A stretch of DNA of 64,000 nucleotides from Monocercomonoides exilis PA203 (Eukaryota; Protista; Preaxostyla): contig LSRY02000051.1 in NCBI GenBank assembly GCA_001643675.2, forward strand, positions 248,001 to 312,000. The letters run 5' to 3'. Shown one piece after another: positions 50,248-60,938 of the stretch. The position numbers and the translations under genes are program-made. Position 1 is the stretch's first letter. Each line of letters starts with the position of its first letter. Below the pieces are notes generated by a model, which did not search any database, was not told the origin of the DNA, and was given only the letters and a program-made list of their open reading frames with translations.

Positions 50248-51837
50248 ATGTCAAACACAAAAAAGTTCAATGGTGTGCAATTGCAGATGCATATGAATTC
50301 TTGTAAATAATGATCTTTTCAAAATTTCTGAAGAATTATTTGACGAACTTGAAGATTGCAATGATACTGAACAGAAGCAAAAAATTCTTGAAATGAATGA
50401 GTTAATTTCTAATATGAATTGGGAAGAACTCAAATCAATCTTAACAGTTGAACTCTTCAATAGAATATGGGGCAAAATTTTTGCAATTATGAAATAAACT
50501 GAGATTTGTTCCAAACTTTTTCTACAATCATTTCATTATAAATCAACCGTAATTATGCAAATAATTACAGAAAAATTCAAAAATTGAGATAAATGTTTGT
50601 TAGAGAAGAATGGAACAAAATTCATAAAGAAAAATATTTTGTCCCATATTCAAAACGATTGAAGAAAAGAAACTGCCTTTGGAGAATACGATTTCACAAC
50701 TGAAACACATTGGATTTAGCAAAGAATTGAAAGGCATTTGGATTGATAGCTTTAATACATTTTCATTGAGTCAAAAATTTGAAGAGATGATAATTGATGA
50801 AAATAAGAAAAATGATTTTAAAAATGAAAAGCTCCTGATTGATCTTTGCGAATGCTATCTTTTGTTAAACAAAAGATATTCTTCAGAATTGATTTTAATA
50901 TGCGTGCCTTGCCTTTTGAAAGTTGCATTGAAGAAAGAGGAAGATAAAGAAACTCAAAAGGAAGTGGAAATGGCTCTTCTTGCATTGAGCAACGTAAGGA
51001 ACTATGAAGCTTGATTTTATAATTGATTGATTTAATGAATATTCTTTATTTCATTTTCAAACATTTTTCCTCTTTTTGTTTCAGAAACCATCAAAAGAAC
51101 TTTACTTGGATAAAATCAAAGAGATTATCAAGCATCATCAGAAGTGTAACAATCTCACTTGCCTTGCCTATCAATCGGGTTGGAAGTGTTTGATATATAG
51201 AGTTCTTGATGAAAAAAAATTGATGAATAAAATCATGAATGAGCTGCATTTTGTGAAAGAGGTGAAAAGAGAATTGGAAGAGCTGACAAAGTGCGTGAAT
51301 TGGAAGAGAGAAAAAGGTGAAAAAGATGGTGGAGAAATAAACACTTTTGAGAGATGGATTTCTATTATGGAAACTTTTTTTGACGAGTGTCACTTGAAAG
51401 ATGAAAACTTTGTTGTTCTTATCGACTGTATTGTTCAAATATTTAGAGCAACAGAAGATAATTGCAGAGAAATATGCGATCAATGTGTTGAATCATTATG
51501 GATTATGGTGAAAAATAAAGCTGTGAAAATCGAAGATTTATTGAAAAGAGGAGCTGTTGATGTAATTTTGGAGATAATTGTCCAATTTAAAATTTTCAAT
51601 AATACTGTTTTATTAAGTGTGTATTCTTTAAGAAATCTTTGTGAAAAATTGAAGAACATGAGTGAAACAGAAATTGACGAAGTGAAACGAAAAGATATAA
51701 AAAGAAAGATATTTGAAAAAATGGAAGAAAAAGGATACGATGATTGCATTGTCAAATTGCGCTATAAAATTTACTACGAAGAATTTGATGAATTTTTTAT
51801 TATTGATAATTGTGAAGATTATTTTGTTTGTTGTTAA
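50248..51837 (+). pseudogene. Member of a large lineage-specific helical-repeat gene family, disrupted by a MITE
   Basis: MSNTKKFN|ELFDELEDCNDTEQKQKILEMNE..LFNRI[insert]FKTIEEKKLPLEN..KLLIDLCECYLLL..CVPCLLKVALKKEEDKETQKEVEMALLALS..EKMEEKGYDD. Reading into the insert meets TAA. I recall these motifs from an expanded Monocercomonoides family. Confidence 0.75.
50468..50646. mobile_element. MITE family A (179 bp; TIR tgggRcaaaat; TA target-site duplication)
   Basis: TA-tggggcaaaattttt ... aaatattttgtccca-TA. Removing the element plus one TA restores the frame AAT AGA ATA TTC AAA ACG ATT GAA GAA. Confidence 0.9.
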
Positions 51838-52562
51838 ACGATATGTATTTTTAAACAACATTAATTTTTCAACAATTGGTTTAATGTTCTTTTGTGTGGA
51901 ACATTTATTGGCCTATTGAAAAATAGAATTTATATATGTGTGTGTGATTCTTTTTGATTTCATATTTTTTCCATTATAATTTTCGAACAGGGCATTTGTC
52001 AGAAAAACTTGGAAATGAATTGTTGATTTTAAATATTGATATGAGACAATTCACAAATATTCTTTTGTGACAAAAGAATGAAGGTTAAGCAATTTCCAAG
52101 CTTGTTATTTATCGATAAAAATTCTGTCATCAGTAACATTAAACTTGGAAACAATTTTCACACAGAAAAAAATTATGTTTTCAAATTAAATCTTTCACAT
52201 ATATAACTCACATGTGATATTTTTGAATAATATTTAAAGCTGAAAACTATTTTTCATTTTTTCATTAAAAATCGAGAGTTTGGGAAGATTTTTTTTTAAG
52301 CTTTCACAACTTTGTTCCACACACCTTTTTTTATTATTTTTGAAATTTAATGGTTTTTCAATATTTTTCACATGATAAAATCAAACTTGTTGTTATATAT
52401 GAGACGAAAATATTTGGTACAAATTGTGAACTTTTTCAAAAAATAACTTAAATGTGTTTGATTATTTTTTTTTTGAACAGATTCTGTTTGAAAAACGCCG
52501 GACAAGATTGATTTCACAATAACAGCTAAAGGAACAACTCTGACAATTTTCCTCAAAATATA

Positions 52563-52832
52563 TGGGACAAAATATTTCACTTCAGGCATTTTTATTGAAA
52601 AGTTATGAATTTTTCATTGACTATTTTATATCAAAATACACAATAAAAATTGGTCCATTTTTTGACATTCGTGAAATGTTGGAAAACTCGATGTTTTGAT
52701 TTCAACTATGCCAGTTTCCGGATTTGAAAATCTAATTTATTTTGAAATCTGAGAAAGAGAAATAAAGTTATGAGTGTTGCAGTTTTTCAATGCTTCGTGC
52801 AAAAAAAGCTTGACAGTCCGTATTTTCCCCCA
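52563..52832. mobile_element. MITE with family A termini (~270 bp), nested in element C
   Basis: TA-tgggacaaaatattt matches the reverse complement of the 50646 terminus. The right end tattttccccca matches at 10 of 12 positions. Confidence 0.7.
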
Positions 52833-52835
52833 TTT

Positions 52836-53076
52836 TAGTAATTCTTTTTGAAAAATCACAAAAGTTTAATTTTCAAATAAGTCAAAATATTCAAATTTTG
52901 CTCAAATTTCTGTTTCCATTCACGAATCTTCTTCAGAATGTTTGAAATAGCATTACAAAGATATTGATTCCATGTTTGTGAAGTTTGGTTGATGTTAACA
53001 ATATTTTGAGCAAAATATGAAATTTTTGATTTATATGAAGATTAAACATTTGCGACTTTTTAAAAAGAATTACTTA
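52836..53076. mobile_element. MITE family B (~240 bp; ~70-bp imperfect TIRs starting agtaattcttttt), nested in element C
   Basis: tagtaattctttttgaaaaatcacaaaagtttaatttt..ttttgctcaaa pairs with tttgagcaaaa..attaaacatttgcgactttttaaaaagaattactt. Confidence 0.8.
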
Positions 53077-53347
53077 TATCTCATAAAAACAAACTCGTTT
53101 GATATACAAAACATTCAAAATAGCTTCATTTGCGCTCAGAAAAAAATCATAATTAAAAACTCGGAGAAATAGGATTTTGAGTTTCTCCTCGATTTTTATA
53201 ATGATTTTTTTCTGAGCGCAAATGAAGCTATTTTGAATGTTTTGTATATCAAACGAGTTTGTTTTTGTGAGATATATTTTGAGGAAAATTGTCAGAGTTG
53301 TTCCTTTTGCTGTTGTTGTGAAATCCATCTTGTCCGGCATTTTGTGC

Positions 53348-54125
53348 GATACACCAATAATTATTCTAATTTTATCAACTTATTTTTCGAAATTGGGAAA
53401 CTAATTATTTAAAATTAATAAAATTTATTATTTTTTGAAAAAAAATTTTTTTGAATTAAGCCTTCTATTGATTGAGTGTCGAAAAGTGATTAAAATATCA
53501 TATTCAGTTAATATTCAAAATGTAGATGAGAAATTGAACCTCTAATTTTATTATTTGTGAATAAACATAAAAATTTCCGATTTTTCAGAAAAAAATCATC
53601 ATCATGGAAATCGGATTATCTTTGAATTATTTCGCCTCACATTGTCAGATTTCACATTATGCAATAATGATATTATATTTTAATTTTAATATATTAAGAG
53701 GATCGATAAAAACAAATGAAAAATTGTGAAAGTGCTTTTATCTATTTATTTAATTGTGACAAATTTATGTTTCATGATCTTGTGTTGACGAAACTAATTT
53801 TATTTTGAAAGGATAATGTGAAATCTGACAATGTGAGGCGAAATAATTCAAAGATAATCCGATTTCCATGATGATGATTTTTTTCTGAAAAATCGGAAAT
53901 TTTTATGTTTATTCACAAATAATAAAATTAGAGGTTCAATTTCTCATCTACATTTTGAATATTAACTGAATATGATATTTTAATCACTTTTCGACACTCA
54001 ATCAATAGAAGGCTTAATTCAAAAAAATTTTTTTTCAAAAAATAATAAATTTTATTAATTTTAAATAATTAGTTTCCCAATTTCGAAAAATAAGTTGATA
54101 AAATTAGAATAATTATTGGTGTATC
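53348..54125. mobile_element. Foldback/MITE element D: 313-bp apparently perfect inverted arms, 152-bp spacer, TA-flanked CACC...GGTG termini
   Basis: 53348-53660 is the reverse complement of 53813-54125; I found no mismatch by eye. Confidence 0.92.
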
Positions 54126-54442
54126 TGTATTATCAATTCTTTTTGTTCTATCGAAATATCTTGAAATGAAAATGATAATAAAAAAGCAAAACAATATAAA
54201 AATAAAAAGTTTATAAATAAACAAATTAAAAAACAAACAAATATAATAAAATTAAATAAAACAAAATTAATAAAAAATATTTTTTTATTAAAACTATTTC
54301 ATTCTCACTATTTTTCTATAAAACAGTTTAAATTTGAGTAAAAATTGCAAAGAAACAATATAAAAGTTTCCGCTGTTGTTTTGAAAACTTATCCCATAGG
54401 TGGAATCATTATCTGCAACATAACAAAATAAAACTTTTTATA

Positions 54443-57394
54443 ATGAATGGAGAAAAAATTGACAAATTTAAGGATAACTCCATTGAACACATTCATAGCT
54501 TTGAATCATTTTATGGAAATGGCTCCGAAAATACGTCTTCAAACATTGAAACTTTCAAGAATGAAATTAGCTGTATTTCTACTTTCACAATAAAAGGTGT
54601 GCTTTTTTGATGAATTGCATTTTCACCCAAATACTGAACAAAATCAAAATAAAATTCAAATTTGAAAATCATTTTATTATTCTTCTTTCAGATAATATTG
54701 GTTCATTTGTTTGCGTTGATGTTACCCAAGCTCAACAAGATGGATCTTTTTCAGATACTCACAAGTGGCAAGTGAAGGATGAAATTCAGAACAAAGACGA
54801 TTCGCAAACTGAAAAAGGAGACACCGAAAATTCCGAACCTGATTTTTCTCAATCTTCATTTTCTCCATTCATTCTTCCAAAAGGCGTAACAAAAACTGCA
54901 GAAATTTCAAAGACAAAAGAGTGTGAATGTCCTCAACTTGCACAAGCAGAAAATTCACACAGTCAAGAACAAATAAAAAAAATTAGTCCTGATGATGAAC
55001 TTGCTTATGCGACAGCAGCAGCATTATCAGCGCAAATGATCATGGATTCTCCTCCCCCCGTATCTTCTTTGGTAATGTCAACACCTTCGGATTCATTTGT
55101 TCTTCCAGCTTCTTTTTCTGTTACAGACACTTCATCCAATCAACACACTTCATCTTCGTCTTCCTCGCGCTCATCATCCATTTCACATCAATCCTCTACT
55201 CCTTCATTTTCTCGCAGTCACCCTTCGTCGCCCAGTCGAAAGGGAAAAGCTATTTCCTTCTTACCCCAGCGAACAGTATCTGCCACTTCACTTAGCACCT
55301 CACCAATGCCAACCTCAATATCTCCGCACATCACATCCCTTCTTCCCTCACGCATTACAACCGTCTCTTCGCTCAGCACTGCACCTTCATCGACGGGATT
55401 TAGCGTGCTTCCGTCGCATTCAGCGTCGCCTCCGTCGCCTTCAGGATTGATATCAACGCCAGCAAAGACGTCTTCTCCTCGTCTGAAGCCGACATTTACG
55501 CGCTTGGTCTCCTCCCAACACACCTCTCAAACACCACACCGCTCTCAAGTGCTCGACTCCTCCAGCATTTCAACCTGCTCCTCGGTGTTTGAGTCATCAA
55601 CCACGTCATCCTCTTCCTTCCACTTTCCTGGCGACTCGCCTGGTGGCACGCCTGGGCCATCTTCTCCGTTTGCCATGTCCTCTTCAACTGTCATCACGTC
55701 TGCCTTGTCCGTCCCCTCTTCTCTTCCTCCCCGTGGCACATGCTCCTCGCAATCTGTCTCGCGGCTGTACCAACAGCAGCACCTGCAGCAGCTGCAGCAA
55801 AAGGAGCTGGAAAAGCGCGAGGACAAACTGAAGCAGTATCTTTCTTCGTGGAAAAACGAAGTGCTGCCGGCGTTCGACGAGAAGCGAGAACTGGAGAGTG
55901 TCAAGCAAATGTGGCGGTTTGGCGTGCCGTCGGCGATCCGCGGGGTTGTTTGGCGAAAGGCTATTGGAAACAGGCTGAACATTACGTACAAGCTGTATGA
56001 GATGCTGGAGATGCAAAGGAAAGCTACAGTCAAGCTGATGCAGGAAGAGGCAGAGCGGCGAGCGGAAGGAGAGTTGGGTGAATACGAAGCGAAGGAGGAG
56101 GAAGATGAAATGTGCCACTTTGTAAACAAAAGCAATGCAAGAAATGCCGAAGATGAAGCAAATATTAAAGGCAAGAAAGACATGTTAAGAAGCAGCAGCC
56201 AGCAAATGCTTTCATGTGAGCTGAATGAAAGTAAACACAAAAGTAAAGAAGAAGAAGAAGAAGGAAAAGAAAAAGAAGAAGAAGAAATAAAAAGAAGTGA
56301 GTGTTCAAGCTTAAAGAAAGACAGTGCTTTATTGCCAGACAAAGACAAGCCAGCCCAGCCAGCAGAAATCAGACGAAGCAGCACGCAGAGCAGTCTGAAG
56401 AAGAAAGCGCAGCCAGCTGAACTGTCTCCCATGAACGACCTTGTCAAGACGATGACGCACATCCAGCTGGATCTCCCGCGGACGCTGGGGCAGTACAAGA
56501 ACTTCCAGCAGGGCGGGCCCGACCACGAGGCGCTGTGCTCGGTGCTGTTCTGCGTGGCGCGCTATCGGCCGGATGTGGACTATGTGCAAGGGATGTCTTT
56601 TCTGGCGATCATGCTACTGACAAGCATGGATGCCTTTGACGCCTTTGTCTGCCTGGCGAATATGGTCTACCAGCACCACCTGCTCTTCCGCATGTTCTCG
56701 GCGTCGCAGTCAGAGACGGTGGCAGGCGCAGAGGAGGAGCGCAGGAAGCAGCTCGAGAGGGAGAAGCGGATGGGCCACGTGGCGCCGCCGGGGCTGCTGC
56801 GCGTGCCGAGAGACACGAACGGGATTGTGGCGCATCTGAGGCTGTTCTCAGAGGCGATCAAGCTCTGTCTGCCAGAAGTGGACGAGAAACTCCGCGCTCT
56901 CTCGATCGAGGCGGGGCTGTTTGGGGTGGAGTGGTTCATGACGCTGTTTGTGTACACACTCCCGCTGGACACGGCAGCACTCGTGTGGGACAGATACACC
57001 TGCGACGGAGAAATTGCACTTGTACAGGCTGGATTGGGTTTGTTATTATTATTGTTAGTATTATTTTTTATGACTTGTGTTTCATCATTCAAAATGATTG
57101 ACATATTGAAATGATTTATTTATTTATTTAATTATTTTATTTCCATTATTCTATGCTTGGTTTATTAAAATGCACCTTATGCCTTCAGGTGTGCTGAAGT
57201 CTCTGAGTGAAGTTATCCTCAGCAGCGATTTTGAGGTGGCGATGACTGTGTTGCACAGCCCCCAAAAGGGAATCACCGTGACGATGATGGGCGAGCTGAT
57301 GGACTCTGTTCACATGACAAAGAAAAGATGGCTGAAAATTCTGCAGAAATTTGATACGTGCGAAAGAGACACCTGGTTTATGACAACCGGATGA
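54443..57394 (+). CDS. TBC-domain Rab GAP, TBC1D12/14-like, with a Ser-rich N-terminus
   Basis: WRFGVPSAIRGVVWRKAIGNRLNITYKLYE (TBC1D12/14-type), R-finger IQLDLPRT, Q-finger YVQGMSFLA, and EWFMTLFVYTLPLDTAALVWDRY. Confidence 0.88.
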
Positions 57395-58027
57395 TGGATG
57401 GGTGGGCAATGTGAAATGCGTATGTATTACTTTGTTTTTTTTAACTTTGCACAGTTGGCAATTTCTTTTGGTCCGGAAATTGATTCGGTTGTGATTTTTG
57501 TCATGACACACTTCATTTTGGAGCGATATATTAAGAAAATTTGAAGTTTGATTTCATTCAATTTTTATTTCAATCATTTTTGCGAGTGATTTATACATTT
57601 TTTGTTTAACGATATATTAATAATTATCGCGAGTGACATGCACTTTCTCTATGTCTGTTATATATCTTTCGTTTGATTCTTAATTGTATCAAGAACTTTT
57701 TGTTTTATTTGTCATATTTTATTCCTATTTTATATCATTCAATTCATAATTATGAAAATACATTTAAAGGAACAATAAACTTTTAAAAAATTATTTTTGC
57801 AAAAAATAGCAGAAAAAATTGTTGGTGTTCAAGTCTTGGAATAATTGACTGAGTTGGTTAAAAAAAGTAAGTAAATATGGCTAAGATCAGGCTTTCTTCT
57901 CCCAACTCTTAATCACAAGTATATCGCTTATTCAATTATTTTGCACATTTTCATGAAAATTATTATTATTTTATGCCTTTATCATTTGAAATAACTTCTA
58001 TGTTTTCTTTTGTTTTTTGATTCTGAG

Positions 58028-60313
58028 ATGGGATGCGGAGCGTTGTGTACTACACCTGTTATTGACTTCAATAATCAGAATCTAGTAGCCCTTCCTGATT
58101 ACATATATCAGAGTCGATCTATTGAAACACTAGAAGCATCTCACAATTCATTAACAATTATTTCTCCTTTGATAAAAAATTTACAAAATCTTCATACTCT
58201 TAATCTTCATAGAAATTTGATTCTGGTGCTTCCAGCAGAAATTGGAATGCTCACACATTTAAAAAGGTATTTCCTTTAATTTTTATCAGTTTGTAAACAC
58301 TTCATAAAAATTCTTTCTACGAAAAGGCTTGACTTGGGAAAAAATCGATTGACTTCAATTCCAGATTGCTTTTCACATTTAACCGAATTGACATACCTTG
58401 ATCTCAGCGAAAACCAACTGGAATTTTTACCAAAATCCATTAGCGAATGCACTCAGTTGAGAGAGCTTTATTTATCAAAAAATCGTTTAACAGATCTTCC
58501 TGATGAATTTGGAAAATTGAAGAATCTTGACTCTTTGAAATTTAATGGCAATACACATTTAAATTCAACCTTTTCAAGATTTGACGTTCTTGGATCTGAT
58601 TCAGTGAAGTTTCTTGTTCATTTTCTTGAATACAGGGGGACTCATCCTCTATCAAGTCGATTTGCTCGTCGAGTAGATGCACCCCGCCTTTACTTTGCGG
58701 ATCATGGACATCAATCTACATCGTGGATTGATCCAAGATATTTTGAGTATGTGCGAACAATTCCATATGGGCATCGCCAACGTTTCAAAATGGATGGCGA
58801 TCCTTTCATTTCACCTATTAACCAAGCTCATGTTTCTGTATCTGTGACACAAGGTTCACAGCCAAGCTGGATGCGAGAGCCCTTCAAAACAGACATTCCC
58901 TGCGAGAATCCGCAATGCACAGGGCGCAGCTCGATGCATTGCTCCTTCCGCTTTTGCATCCAGTGCTGCACCAGCGACAACTGCATGTACCACATCCGCC
59001 TGAGAGAAGTGCAGCGCCTCAGCGCCACGCGCACAGCAGCGTCTGCACAGAGCTCGTCGTCTTCGTCGTCAACATCGGCAGCGTCCCCAGCGTCGACTGC
59101 TTCAGCGACCTCGTCTGATTCGAGCAACAGCTCCAGCTCATCTGCGAAGACGAGCGACTTTCTTGTGCGTGCTGCGAAGCTGAGGGAAGATCTGCAGCGC
59201 CTCCACCCACCGGAGCCTGAGCGGTGGTCAGAGAAGCCCCGGATGGGGTGCATCGTGCGGAGGGAGATGCTGCTCGAGGACTCGTTCCAGGCGTTCATGA
59301 CCGTCAAGCCAGATGTGCTGAAGCTGCGGCTGAATGTGAAGTACCAGGGTGAAGAAGGGCTCGACTGGGGCGGGCTGTCGCGGGACTGGTTCTGCCGGAT
59401 TATGCCAGAGGTGACCAACCCGAACTACGCGCTGTTCTCCTCCACGGAGCAGAACCCGTACGTCTTCAAGATCAACCCGCTGTCCTCAGTTAACCCCGAC
59501 CATCTGCAGTACTTCCGCTTTGTGGGCAGGATTTTGGGGAAAGCGCTGTTCGACAACTTCACCATCACGGTCTACTTCACCCCGGTGTTCTACAAGAAGC
59601 TGCTGGGGTATCAGTGCTCGATGACAGACCTTGAGATGGAGGACCAGCAGTTCTACCAGTCGCTGCTGTATCTGCAGGAGAACGATGCAGAGGACATGGA
59701 CTTCACATTCACCGTGACAGAGACGGAGTTTGATGTGGTGCGGGAGCTGGAGCTGAAGGAGAACGGGAGCGAGATCGCGGTGACGAACGAGAACAAGGCA
59801 GAGTTCATCCGGCTGATGATCGACCACAAGCTGAACTACAAGACGACCGAGCAGATGAGGGCGATCCGGCGGGGCTTCTACGACATCATCCCGCAGCAGC
59901 AGCTGGCTGGCTTCACTGCTGCTGAGCTGGAGCTGCTGCTGTGCGGCACGTCTGAGATCGACGTGGCTGACTGGAAGGCCAACACAGACTACGCCCACTG
60001 CACATCGGCCACCGAGCAGTGCAAGTGGTTCTGGGAGATAGTCGACTCGATGAGCCAGACGGAGCGGGCGAAGCTGCTGCAGTTTGTGACAGGCACCACA
60101 AAAGTGCCCAGCGGCGGCTTCGCGCGGCTGATCGGGGCGACGGGTCCGAGGAAGTTTACGATCTACCGCTGCCAGAAGACGTGTGAGCATCTACCGACAG
60201 CACACACATGCTTCAACCAGATTGACATTCCGATGTACTCGTCGAAGGAGCAGATGCAGAACAGACTCACAACTGCGCTGATGGAAGGGGCAGAGGGGTT
60301 CTACGAGAGATAA
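58028..60313 (+). CDS. NEDD4-type HECT E3 ligase with an N-terminal MGC acylation motif, LRRs, a WW-like domain and a Cys/His zinc finger; 2 exons
   Basis: MGCGALC start; LxxLxLxxNxLxxLP repeats; RLYFADHGHQSTSWIDPR; C-x4-C-x7-C-x4-C-x2-CC-x4-C-x2-H; HECT motifs GEEGLDWGGLSRDWF, LLQFVTGT and LPTAHTCFN. Confidence 0.93.
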
Positions 60314-60938
60314 AAGGAAAAAAGATTGAATATAACATATCAATCAGTTAGGCTCATTCAAAGAAAAAAAAGAAATGCTAAATAATTCTTGTATATCTCC
60401 TCATCATCTTCAGTAATTTCATTCGTGATTGCTGAGATGCACTCAAGAATTTAATCTTTGATGCATAAAAAAAAATACACGACGTCTCACGTATTTTTTT
60501 TAAAACTATGTCTTCACAATAGATTTCATAGTATTTTTTATTAAGCTGTTCTTTTTCAGAGGTTTTTGTATCTGTCTTTTTTATCTGTTGCTTCTGTGCG
60601 TTGAATGTTGTTTTGACATATTATTGGCACTATTTTTGAGGAACACCTCTGCATCCTATCCATTTCAAGCATTCATTTCACCAACACTTGTGTTGGATCT
60701 ATCCTACTTTATATCGGTTTATTTGGTAAACTTTTTCAAAGCCTATTTTCATCTATTTTTTTCAGTTTAAAACATTTTTTGAAATTTCTTGTGATTCTTT
60801 TTTGATTTGTTAAATAAATTTTTTTCCTTGTTATTATTTACAATATTCTATTATTTTTTCTTTAATATTTTTGAATTCAAGCGAATTATTATTCATTCAT
60901 TGTTTGTCAAAGAAAAATATATATATAAGATCACAACA

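Larger units (their letters stand above)
52492..53343. mobile_element. Foldback element C (~160-bp arms), with its left arm interrupted by two MITEs
   Basis: 52492-52562 plus 53077-53167 together form the reverse complement of ~53183-53343 with few mismatches. Confidence 0.85.

Noticed and set aside
52368-53340. Related short ORFs 52368-52589 and 53074-53340
   Set aside because: They are translations of foldback arms, with no transposase motifs.
55545-60190. Long antisense ORFs 55545-56498, 58828-59418 and 59486-60190
   Set aside because: They are expected by-products of high-GC3 sense codons and show no motifs.
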